Part shown: positions 9,968 through 18,441 of the stretch, one piece after another
Numbering within the stretch: the first letter of the stretch is position 1
Layout: every line of letters begins with the position of its first letter
Origin: Vicinamibacterales bacterium
GTDB lineage: Bacteria; Acidobacteriota; Vicinamibacteria; Vicinamibacterales; UBA8438
Reading direction: 5' to 3'
Length of the DNA stretch: 64,000 nucleotides
Assembly (NCBI GenBank): GCA_965249175.1
Contig: OZ252227.1
Span: forward strand, 6,128,043 to 6,192,042
The notes under the pieces: model-generated
The model's database searches: none
Told to the model about the DNA's origin: nothing
The model's input: the letters and a program-made list of their open reading frames with translations, nothing else
Program-made: the position numbers and the translations under genes

Positions 9968-11155
9968 TCAAAGCTCGCGGAGCGCGGTCACAATCGGGAG
10001 GCGGGCCGCGCGGATGGCAGGGAAGAGCCCGCCCAGGAGCCCCATGATCGTCGCATAGAGCGCGCCCTGGACGAGGAGCGCCGGGGTGACTTTGAAGGCG
10101 AACGCCACCTGCGTGAACGTCGTCCAGTTGAGCGTCGCCGTCTGATAGCCGTGGAACGCGACATAGGCGAGCCCACCGCCGAGCACGCCCCCCACGAGGC
10201 TGAGCAAGGCCGATTCGAAGAGCACGGAGACGACAACCGGCACGCCACCGAAGCCGAGCGCGCGGAGCGTCGCGATCTCACGTGTGCGGCTGGCCACGGC
10301 GCTGTACATCGTGTTCACGGCGCCGAACACCGCGCCGATCCCCATCAAGACCGCGATCACGGTCCCGATGCCGGTAATGATGCTGTGAATCAGCTGTGAC
10401 TGGCCGACGTAGAAGACATCTTCCCGCTCGACCATGACGTCGAGCCGCGGGTCTGACGCCAGCGCATCCCGGAAGCCCGGAAACGCCTCCTCCGAATCGA
10501 GGCGAGCCAGCACCGACTGGTAGGTGTTGCCGCGGCGGTAGGCCGGCTGGAGGACGCGGGCGTCACACCAGATCTCCGACTCGGACAAGGTCCCGTCCGC
10601 TTCGAAGATGCCCACCACCTCCCAGGAGCTCTCGCCCCAGCGCGGCGTCGCGCCAAGCTCGAGGCCCTCGAACTGGTTGGCGGCGCTGCGCCCGACGATG
10701 ATCTCGTTGGTGCCCTCGCGGAACGGGCGTCCCTCGACGATACGCACTTCCTCGCGAACCCGGAACGCTGCCGGCTCCACGCCACGCAACGGCACGTTGG
10801 CGTCGGTCCCGGTCCCGCGCTTCGGAACGTCCACGACGACGAACAGCTCCGCCGACGCGACCGGACCGCTGCCGTCGCGCAGCACTCCCGGCGCGTCCTT
10901 GATGATGCGCGTCGCGTCGTTGGCGAGGGCGCTCGTCGTCTCGGCAGTGCTGCCGCCGCGCATCACGATCGCCGTGTCGGGGGAGCCGGCGCCGGAGAGC
11001 GCTGCGAGGAAGCCCTCAGCGATCGACAACACCGCGACGAACACGATCACGACCCCGGTCACGCCGACGACGGCGACCGCGGACGAGCCGGCTCGTTGCG
11101 GCAGCGTCCGCAGGGTCAGGGCGGTGACGGTGGCGACCTGGCTGAGAAATCGCAT
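9968..11155 (-). CDS. ABC transporter permease (MacB/FtsX family)
   Basis: N-terminal TM, periplasmic MacB-type domain, C-terminal FtsX module (ASRTREIATLRALGF). Abuts the upstream permease gene. Confidence 0.85.
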   Translation of the reverse strand: MRFLSQVATVTALTLRTLPQRAGSSAVAVVGVTGVVIVFVAVLSIAEGFLAALSGAGSPDTAIVMRGGSTAETTSALANDATRIIKDAPGVLRDGSGPVASAELFVVVDVPKRGTGTDANVPLRGVEPAAFRVREEVRIVEGRPFREGTNEIIVGRSAANQFEGLELGATPRWGESSWEVVGIFEADGTLSESEIWCDARVLQPAYRRGNTYQSVLARLDSEEAFPGFRDALASDPRLDVMVEREDVFYVGQSQLIHSIITGIGTVIAVLMGIGAVFGAVNTMYSAVASRTREIATLRALGFGGVPVVVSVLFESALLSLVGGVLGGGLAYVAFHGYQTATLNWTTFTQVAFAFKVTPALLVQGALYATIMGLLGGLFPAIRAARLPIVTALREL

Positions 11156-12307
11156 CTAGACTTTGCGCAGCGCGTCGACGATGCGCAGGCGCGTGGCCAC
11201 CATCCCCGGGACGATGCCGGAACCGAGCCCCAGCGCCCAGACCAACGCGCACCCCAGTGCCAGATCGCGCGGCGGAATAGCGAACGCCGCCAGGAATCCA
11301 CCGGTCGGATCGCCCTGCCCGATCAACACATAGCCGATGCCCAGGCCCAGCCCGCCGCCAACGATCGCCAGCAGACACGACTCGAGCATCACCAGCGTCA
11401 TGACGCGGCCGTCGGAGAAGCCGAGCGTCTTCAGTACCGCCAGCTCGCTCGTGCGCTCGCGAATCGACTGGGCCATCGTGTTCGCCGTGATCAAGAGAAT
11501 CGTGAAGAGCACGGCGATCAGGATCGCCGTCATGATGGCGCCGATGTTGCCGACCTGGCTCGCGAAGGTCTGGGCGAACGCCTGCTCTGTCGACGTCTTC
11601 GTTTCGGCGGGGGAGTTGGCGAAGCGCGCATCGACCGCCGCGCCAATCTCGTCAGCGCGCGCCGGGTCGTCGACCTGGATCACGTAGAACCCGACAAAGC
11701 CCCGGCCCTGGTCGTTCGCCTCCGCCAGGTACTCGTGGTGGAAGAAGAACTGATTGTCGATTGTCCCCTCCTCGGCGCCGTCGTAGATCCCCTCGAGCGT
11801 GAACTCCCACGTGTCGCCGCCCCGCGGCCGGTAGATGGTGCCCTGGAGTGGGATCCGGTCGCCGATGTTCCAGCCGAACCGTTCCGCGAGCCCGCGTCCG
11901 GCGATCGCGCCGGTGCGCGTGCGGAAGAACGCCTCGCGCTCGGCGTCCGTCAAGACGTACTCCGGATACAGGCGCAAGTAGCTCTCCGGTTCGATGGCGA
12001 ACTGCTGGAAGAAGTTGCGCGGGTCCTGGTAGACGCCCCCGAACCAGTCGGCGTGGCTGACTTCGACGACCCCGTCGATGGCTTCGATCCGCCCCTTGTA
12101 GGCCTCGGGGAGCGGCTGGATCAGTGACACCTTGTGGATGACCATCAGCCGATCGGCGCCGGCGACGTCGACCCCCATGCCGAACGCGAGACGCACCGCG
12201 GCCAGATAGCCGAACAGGATGAACGCCACCATGATCGAGAGCAGCGTGAACGCCGTGCGCACCTTGCGGCGCATGAGGTTGCGCCAGACGAGCGGCAGAA
12301 ACTTCAT
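11156..12307 (-). CDS. ABC transporter permease (MacB/FtsX family), second paralogue
   Basis: MKFLPLVWRNLMRRKVRT, then a periplasmic domain, then FtsX (IRERTSELAVLKTLGF). 4-nt overlap with the ATPase gene. Confidence 0.85.
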   Translation of the reverse strand: MKFLPLVWRNLMRRKVRTAFTLLSIMVAFILFGYLAAVRLAFGMGVDVAGADRLMVIHKVSLIQPLPEAYKGRIEAIDGVVEVSHADWFGGVYQDPRNFFQQFAIEPESYLRLYPEYVLTDAEREAFFRTRTGAIAGRGLAERFGWNIGDRIPLQGTIYRPRGGDTWEFTLEGIYDGAEEGTIDNQFFFHHEYLAEANDQGRGFVGFYVIQVDDPARADEIGAAVDARFANSPAETKTSTEQAFAQTFASQVGNIGAIMTAILIAVLFTILLITANTMAQSIRERTSELAVLKTLGFSDGRVMTLVMLESCLLAIVGGGLGLGIGYVLIGQGDPTGGFLAAFAIPPRDLALGCALVWALGLGSGIVPGMVATRLRIVDALRKV

Positions 12308-12999
12308 GTCGAGGCCTCCGTGGCGAGCATCCCCTTGTCGAGATGCAGCGTGCGTCGCGCGCGGGCGGCGGCACGGGCGTCGTGCGTCACCATGACAATC
12401 GTCTTGCCGTGGTCTGCATTGAGAGCCTGGAGGAGGTCGAGGATCTCGTCCCCCGCCTTGCGGTCCAGATCACCCGTCGGCTCGTCGCACAGAAGCAGTG
12501 TCGGGTCGGTGACGATCGCGCGCGCGATGCCGACACGTTGCTCCTGGCCGCCTGAAAGCTGACGCGGATAATGCCTCGCCCGATTCTCGAGCCCGACAAC
12601 CGACATCGCGGTCGCCACATGGCGCCGCCGGTCCTTGCGCGACAGCGACGTCAGGAGCAGCGGCAGCTCGACGTTCTTTTCGGCGGTCAGCACCGGCAGG
12701 AGGTTGTACAGCTGGAAGACGAATCCGATATGCCGTGCGCGCCAGCGGGCCAGCTTGCCGCCCGACATCCGGTCGATCCGGTCACCCGCGACGGCGATGG
12801 TGCCGCCAGTCGGCCGGTCGAGGCCACCGATCAGATTCAACAGGGTGGTCTTGCCGGAGCCGGATGGACCCATCAAGGCGAGGTAGTCGCCACGCGGGAT
12901 CTGCAGATTGACGCCCTGGAGGACGTCGATCCGTTCCGAGCCGCGTCTGAACTCCTTGTGTAGGTCGCTGACGTCGACGAGCGCGCCGTTGTCTGTCAT
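12304..12999 (-). CDS. ABC transporter ATP-binding protein (MacB/LolD-type)
   Basis: Walker A GPSGSGKTT, signature LSGGQEQR, Walker B LLLCDEPTGDLD. Confidence 0.93.
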   Translation of the reverse strand: MTDNGALVDVSDLHKEFRRGSERIDVLQGVNLQIPRGDYLALMGPSGSGKTTLLNLIGGLDRPTGGTIAVAGDRIDRMSGGKLARWRARHIGFVFQLYNLLPVLTAEKNVELPLLLTSLSRKDRRRHVATAMSVVGLENRARHYPRQLSGGQEQRVGIARAIVTDPTLLLCDEPTGDLDRKAGDEILDLLQALNADHGKTIVMVTHDARAAARARRTLHLDKGMLATEAST

Positions 13000-13002
13000 G
13001 GG

Positions 13003-14235
13003 TCAAGATTCCGCGTCGATGGCCACCCGTGCCCCGTCCGTCAGGTCGGCGGGCCCCTCAATGACGACCCGCTCGCCCGCGACGACACCGGTCAGCACCT
13101 CGACGTCCGCGCCGTTCTCGATCCCTGTGCTCACCGGGCGACGCTCGACTGCCTCGCCCCGCGCCACGAAGACGACCGGCTGCTCCCCCTCTCGGCGAAT
13201 GGCACCGGACGGGATCCAGAGCCGCGATACCGCCTCGGTCATCTCGGGTGACTGCGCCGCCTCTGCCTCGAGGAAGGCGACGTTCACACCCATGTCGGGC
13301 AAGATGCGAGGGTCACCCAACTCGTTGAAGGCGATCCGGACGAGAACCGTCGCGCGCTGGCGGTCGGCTGCTGGAATGGTCGTGATGACGCTGGCCGGGA
13401 TGTCCCACTCGGGGTATGCATCGAGGTTGGCGACGACGGGCTGATCCGGTGTCACGCGATTGATGAAGCTCTCGTTGACGTCCACCTCGATCTCGAGTGA
13501 CGACATGTCGACGATGGTGCAGATGCCGGTGCGCGTAAACCCGCCACCCGCCGTGATCGGTGAGATCATCTCCCCCGGCTGTGCATCCTTGGAGATCGCG
13601 ATGCCGGTGAACGGCGCCCGGATGATCATGTCCTCGAGCAGGGTCCGCCGCACGTCGATTTCCCGCTCGGAGACGACGATCTGCTCGCGTTGCAAGGCGA
13701 GACGGGCGGCGAATGAATCCGCTTCAGCCCGGGCCGTATCGAGCTCCGCCCGGCCAACCACCCCGTCGGCGACGAGCGTGCTCGTGCGCTCCAGATGCAG
13801 CCGCGCTTCAGCTAGGCGGACGTCCATCTCGTCGAGGGCGCTGCGCGACGCCTGCAGCTGGGCTTCGGCGAGCGCTAGATACGACTGCTCAGCGGAATCG
13901 TCGAGGCGGGCCAGCACCTGCCCTTCCGTCACCGCCATCCCTTCCTCGACCCGTACCTCGATCACCTTCCCGGTGACCTTCGAGGACACCGTCGCCTGAC
14001 GACGTGCCGTCACATATCCGGACGCGTTGAGGACGGTCGGCTGGCTGCCGCCCGCGACCGTCGCGCGGACGGGGACCGTCGCGACCACCGGCACCTGCGC
14101 GTCGTTCCACCAGACCCAGCCCGCGGCCCCACCGCCCGCCAGGAGCAGCAGCACGATGAGCCAGCCCAGCCAGGCGAACGACCGGCGGCGGTCAGGTGAG
14201 CGATCGATCTTCAGATCGTCGAGGGACGCTACCAC
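13003..14235 (-). CDS. Efflux periplasmic adaptor (HlyD/MFP, MacA-like)
   Basis: TM anchor FAWLGWLIVLLLLAGGGAAGWVWW, coiled-coil region, beta-barrel C-terminus. The start was moved to GTG 14235 (VVASLDDLKIDR) to avoid a long overlap with the upstream gene, so it remains uncertain. Confidence 0.8.
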   Translation of the reverse strand: MVASLDDLKIDRSPDRRRSFAWLGWLIVLLLLAGGGAAGWVWWNDAQVPVVATVPVRATVAGGSQPTVLNASGYVTARRQATVSSKVTGKVIEVRVEEGMAVTEGQVLARLDDSAEQSYLALAEAQLQASRSALDEMDVRLAEARLHLERTSTLVADGVVGRAELDTARAEADSFAARLALQREQIVVSEREIDVRRTLLEDMIIRAPFTGIAISKDAQPGEMISPITAGGGFTRTGICTIVDMSSLEIEVDVNESFINRVTPDQPVVANLDAYPEWDIPASVITTIPAADRQRATVLVRIAFNELGDPRILPDMGVNVAFLEAEAAQSPEMTEAVSRLWIPSGAIRREGEQPVVFVARGEAVERRPVSTGIENGADVEVLTGVVAGERVVIEGPADLTDGARVAIDAES

Positions 14236-15218
14236 TCTTCCTTCTCGAAGGCGACGCCGACGCGTTCGGCCGTCCGCTGAATGTCGGCCATCGACGCCGG
14301 GTTTCCACACGCTAGGATAATCGTTTTCGATGGTTTGATCCGCTTGCGGAACGCCGTTGCCGACAGGTGTGCGGGCAATGTCGGTCGGACGGACCGCGCC
14401 AGCTCGGCCTCGGCACGCGCGACGTCTCCACGGTCGGCGCGGGCGCTCGCCAACGCGTCGTCTTCGGTCGACGGGAGGTCGAACAGGTGTCGCACGACGT
14501 TGTTGGCCCGACCGACGCCGAGTCCACCGTTGTCGTGGTCTTGCGGGGTCGGCCGGCTCACGGTTGCCATGTAGCTGAAATCGAATGCCGCCTCGCGCTC
14601 GATCTCGAGCAGCCGCGCGTGATAGGCCAGCTCGTCATACACGCGATTTGTATGGATCAGGGTGTAGGTCCGGCCATCGCCGCCACCGGTCACCGCGCGC
14701 CCGTGCAGTTCCTTCGTCATCGCCACGAACGGCGACAACCCCGTGCCGGTGCCCACCATGATCACGTGATCGAACCCCACGGCGCGCTCCTCGAGTGTAA
14801 AGCTCCCCACGATTCGGTCGATGTAGGTAATGGTGCAGTCGTCATCGGGGCGCATCCGAAGCAGCATGGAGCTCAGCCGTCCGGACACGCCCTCCCGCGA
14901 CATCATCAACACCACATAGAACTCGAGATAGCCGTATTGGGCTTGCTCCCATGGCGCAGACGCGATGGAGTATGAATGGGTGACGGGAGACGTTTTCGGT
15001 CGCCCGCCGGCATCGAGGTCGAGTGCGAAGATGCGTTTGCCGTCCGGTCCGACACCGACCGCCTTGGTGGCGGGCGCGTCGTCGCGGCGAAGGGCGATGT
15101 ACTGCCCGGCCCGGGATGGGGGGAACTGACTGCCAGGCTCGGGCATCACACGGAAGATGGTCAGTATCGGCGACAGGTCGTGTTTGTAGACGACTCGGCC
15201 GGTCTTGCGGGAGGCCAT
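14229..15218 (-). CDS. Ferredoxin-NADP(+) reductase-like FAD/NAD(P) oxidoreductase
   Basis: From ATG 15218 (MASRKTG). RAGQYIALRR, HSYSIAS (FAD), MVGTGTGLSPF (NAD(P)), ILACGNP. Confidence 0.8.
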   Translation of the reverse strand: MASRKTGRVVYKHDLSPILTIFRVMPEPGSQFPPSRAGQYIALRRDDAPATKAVGVGPDGKRIFALDLDAGGRPKTSPVTHSYSIASAPWEQAQYGYLEFYVVLMMSREGVSGRLSSMLLRMRPDDDCTITYIDRIVGSFTLEERAVGFDHVIMVGTGTGLSPFVAMTKELHGRAVTGGGDGRTYTLIHTNRVYDELAYHARLLEIEREAAFDFSYMATVSRPTPQDHDNGGLGVGRANNVVRHLFDLPSTEDDALASARADRGDVARAEAELARSVRPTLPAHLSATAFRKRIKPSKTIILACGNPASMADIQRTAERVGVAFEKEEW

Positions 15219-15316
15219 TCCCAAAGTTATCGCGTAACGTCGCCCGGGTGCTAATTCCGCGCGGACTAGACAAACCAGGCGCGTTGAGGTAGATAAAGCA
15301 AAGCATCCCACCCTCG

Positions 15317-15778
15317 ATGTCGAAGAAATACCGCCAGCGCGGCTATCAGGACGAGGAGCGCGACCGTCCACCTCTCGCCGGGCCACGAGAGCCGAAGGGC
15401 GACGGCCGGCCGCGACGCGGCTATGGGCCACGTGAGCCACGCAAGGTCAACATGCCCGGTTTCCGCGACGTGCTGAAGTGCGCGCGGTGCGGTGCGTTGT
15501 TGACCGGGGCGATCCAGCTCGATTCGCAGTGTTCGCAGTGCTCCGCGGCGCTCCACAGCTGCGCACAATGCACCTGGTTCGACACGAGCAGCCAGTTCGA
15601 GTGTGGCCGGCCGATCCCGAAGCGGGTGTCCCCGAAGGACGAACGGAACGACTGCACCTACTTCGAGGCGCGCATCACCGTGGAGCGCGAAACGCGGTCG
15701 GCGCAACCGAACGTGGAAACACGGCCCGCGGCGGCGTCTGGCAACGCGCGGCAGGCGTTCGACGACCTGTTCAAGTAG
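15317..15778 (+). CDS. Cys-rich (zinc-ribbon-like) hypothetical protein
   Basis: Basic N-terminus, then CARC-x13-CSQC-x6-CAQC plus further Cys residues. Codon usage is coding-like. Confidence 0.6.
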   Translation: MSKKYRQRGYQDEERDRPPLAGPREPKGDGRPRRGYGPREPRKVNMPGFRDVLKCARCGALLTGAIQLDSQCSQCSAALHSCAQCTWFDTSSQFECGRPIPKRVSPKDERNDCTYFEARITVERETRSAQPNVETRPAAASGNARQAFDDLFK

Positions 15779-15870
15779 CGCATCTGGGCCGCTCCGGTCC
15801 AGATCTCCTGCTTCCGCGGTGCTCGCCGCGCGCGCCCTGGCTCCCGGACACATCTGCGATAATCCGACCC

Positions 15871-16506
15871 ATGCCCGCGCCCGACCATCCGCGCGACGTG
15901 TCGGCTCGTCTCGCTGCGCTGGCGTCGCCGGTGCGACTCGTGTTCTTCTCGCAGACGTTCGGCTGCGACACCTGCTTCGCCGCCCGTCGTGTGCTCGATC
16001 AGCTGGCCAGTCTGTCGGAGCGTCTCACGGTCGTGGAGCACAACCTCGTGCTCGACAAAGACCGGGTCGCGGAGTTCGGCGTCGACAGGGCCCCGGCGAT
16101 CGCGGTCGTCGGCGCACAGGATCTGGGTCTTCGGTTTTACGGTGTGCCGTCCGGCCATGAGATCGAATCGCTGGTCGAGGCGATCGAGCTCGCGGCACAC
16201 GCGGCGCCCGGACTGACCGACGAGAGTCTCGCCGCGCTGGCGGCGCTCGACCGCGCCGTACATCTCCAGGTGTTTGTGACCCCGACCTGACGGTTCTGTC
16301 CCCAGGCGGTCAGCCTGGCATATCGGTTGGCCGCGGCGAGCGCGCGTGTGACGGCGTCGGTGATCGAGGCGACCGAATTCCCCGATCTAGCGGCCCGCTA
16401 CCGGGTGACCGGCGTGCCGAAAACGGTCGTCGATGACCGAATCGAGATCATGGGCGCGCAAGCAGAGGCGGAATTCGTCCAGCAAGCGCTGCAGGCGACG
16501 GGATGA
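15871..16506 (+). CDS. Glutaredoxin-like protein disulfide oxidoreductase (two thioredoxin folds) with in-frame TGA at 16288 (candidate selenocysteine, U-R-F-C)
   Basis: Starts at ATG 15871. Domain 1 has CDTC. ...LQVFVTPT[TGA]RFCPQAV... is colinear with the PDO-type VFVTPTCPYCP motif. The frame continues to TGA 16504-16506. ATGA overlap with the next gene. Confidence 0.7.
16302..16318 (+). promoter_or_regulatory. Candidate bacterial SECIS hairpin
   Basis: CCAGGC-GGUCA-GCCUGG: a 6-bp perfect stem and 5-nt loop, starting 11 nt after the TGA at 16288-16290. Confidence 0.6.
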
Positions 16507-18386
16507 TCGCGTCTCGGCGCACGACCGGCGGGTTCGTTGCGTGCCTCGTTGCCGGGTGGCTGGCCGCGGTCGCCGCGCAAGCCCCCCCACCCGTCGAGTA
16601 TCGCCTGTCGTTCCCGGAGCCGGAGCATCGGTGGCTGGCGGTGGACGTGCTCTTTCCGGAGATTGGCGACGCGCCACTCGACATCCGGATGAGCAGCGCC
16701 TCACCGGGACGCTACGCGCGCCACGAGTTCGCCAAGAACGTCATCGAGGTGCGGTTCACCAATGGCGTCGGGGGGGACGTGGCGGTGACCCAACGCGGGC
16801 CGGCGCAGTGGGCCGTCGCCCGCCACGATGGTGCGGTCCGCGTCCGCTATCGCTTGTTTGGCGACCGTGTCGACGGGACCTATCTGGCGGTCGACTCCTC
16901 GCACGCCCACTTGAACATGCCCGCGACGTTGATGTGGGCCGCCGGGCTCGAGGATCGCGCCGCGACCGTCACGTTCGAGATGCCCCCTGCCCGACGCTGG
17001 CAGGCCGCGACGCAGCTCTTTCCCACGGCTGATCCGCTTGCCTTTACAGCCCCCAACCTGCAGTACCTGCTGGACAGCCCGACGGAGCTCAGCGATTTCG
17101 ACTTGCGCACCTTCACTGTGCGCGACCCGGCCGACAGCACCTACGTCCCGACCTTTCGTCTCGCCGTCCACCATGACGGCGCGACCTCGGCCCTGGCGCC
17201 CTTTACGCGCGCGGTCGAGCGCATCGTGCGCGAGACGGTGTCGGTGTTCGGGGAGTTCCCTCGCTTCGAGACCGGCACCTACACGTTCATTGCCGACTAC
17301 TTGCCGTACGCCAGCGCCGACGCGATGGAGCACCGCAACAGCACGGTGCTGACGTCTGCCGGTCGACTCGACGGGGCGGCCGACGCGCGCCTGCTCGGCG
17401 CGGTCGCGCACGAGTTCTTTCACGCCTGGAACGTCGAACGGATTCGCCCGCGATCGCTCGAGCCATTCGACTTCACGGGCGCCAACGTGTCAGGCGAGCT
17501 CTGGCTGGCGGAGGGCGTCACGAACTACTACGGCGCGCTGGTCATGCACCGTGCCGGCCTCGCCTTGCTGCCGGCGACCCTGAACCGGTTCGCCAACGCC
17601 ATCAACACGGTCACGCTCGGCCCCGGTCGTCAGTTTCGCTCGGTGGTCGACATGAGTCGGATGGCGCCGTTTACCGATGCGGCGACCGCGATCGACCGCA
17701 CCAATCTGGAGAACACGTTCATCTCCTACTACGTGTGGGGGGAGGCCCTCGGGCTGGGGCTCGACCTGGCGCTGCGGACGCGAGCGGAGGGTGCCGTCAC
17801 GCTCGACGACTACATGCGCGCGCTGTGGGAGCGCTTCGGCCGTCCCGGTGGTGCGGCGGCGGGAGCGGTCGACCGGCCGTACACCCCGGACGATGCGGAA
17901 CGACTGTTAGGGGTGGTCGCAGGTGACCCGGCGTTCGCGCGGGACTTCTTTGCCCGGTATATCAACGGCCGCGAGGTCGTCGATTACGCCGGGCTGCTGG
18001 CGCGTGCGGGCTTCGTCGTGCAGCCGGCCGCGCCCGGGCGGGCGACGCTTGGCGACCTGCCCCTCGGTCCGGGCATGCGGGTGAACGGACCGACGGCGTA
18101 CGCGTCCCCGCTGCACGATGCCGGGATCGAGCGTGACGACGTGCTGGCGACGCTCGACGGCCATCGCCTGACCTCGGGCGCCCAGATCGAACGCCTGGTG
18201 AGCGCCAAGAGCCCGGGCGACGTCGTCACGATCGAGTTCGTGCGCCGCGGCCAGCGGAACGTGGCTGCCGCGACGCTCGCCGCCGACGGTCGCATCCAGA
18301 TCGTGCCGGTAGAATCCACAGGAACGGCATTCACCGAGCGACAACGCGCGTTCCGCGACGCCTGGCTCGGTAGCCGGCAAGACTGA
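16503..18386 (+). CDS. M61 family (glycyl aminopeptidase-like) metallopeptidase with C-terminal PDZ domain
   Basis: [14 protein letters not shown] zinc motif. C-terminal PDZ-like segment ([12 protein letters not shown]...[13 protein letters not shown]). Confidence 0.85.
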   Translation: MIASRRTTGGFVACLVAGWLAAVAAQAPPPVEYRLSFPEPEHRWLAVDVLFPEIGDAPLDIRMSSASPGRYARHEFAKNVIEVRFTNGVGGDVAVTQRGPAQWAVARHDGAVRVRYRLFGDRVDGTYLAVDSSHAHLNMPATLMWAAGLEDRAATVTFEMPPARRWQAATQLFPTADPLAFTAPNLQYLLDSPTELSDFDLRTFTVRDPADSTYVPTFRLAVHHDGATSALAPFTRAVERIVRETVSVFGEFPRFETGTYTFIADYLPYASADAMEHRNSTVLTSAGRLDGAADARLLGAVAHEFFHAWNVERIRPRSLEPFDFTGANVSGELWLAEGVTNYYGALVMHRAGLALLPATLNRFANAINTVTLGPGRQFRSVVDMSRMAPFTDAATAIDRTNLENTFISYYVWGEALGLGLDLALRTRAEGAVTLDDYMRALWERFGRPGGAAAGAVDRPYTPDDAERLLGVVAGDPAFARDFFARYINGREVVDYAGLLARAGFVVQPAAPGRATLGDLPLGPGMRVNGPTAYASPLHDAGIERDDVLATLDGHRLTSGAQIERLVSAKSPGDVVTIEFVRRGQRNVAAATLAADGRIQIVPVESTGTAFTERQRAFRDAWLGSRQD

Positions 18387-18441
18387 TCGCCACGCGCACC
18401 CGCACCGGCCTCGAGACACCATCGTCTGGCCTCCGGCCGCT

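Noticed and set aside
15478-16290. 270-aa ORF taken as the full oxidoreductase gene.
   Set aside because: Its first 131 codons overlap the Cys-rich gene in another frame and look like shadow sequence. The PDO homology starts at ATG 15871, and the true end is better explained by read-through of the TGA.
16288-16506. Alternative reading: the TGA is a genuine stop, and the downstream thioredoxin-fold half is a separate gene or a pseudogene fragment.
   Set aside because: A separate gene would lack the redox motif, whose first position is the TGA itself, and has no start codon with a ribosome-binding site at the domain boundary. The hairpin at 11 nt and the ATGA coupling to the next gene fit Sec decoding better. 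This remains unproven without the sel genes.
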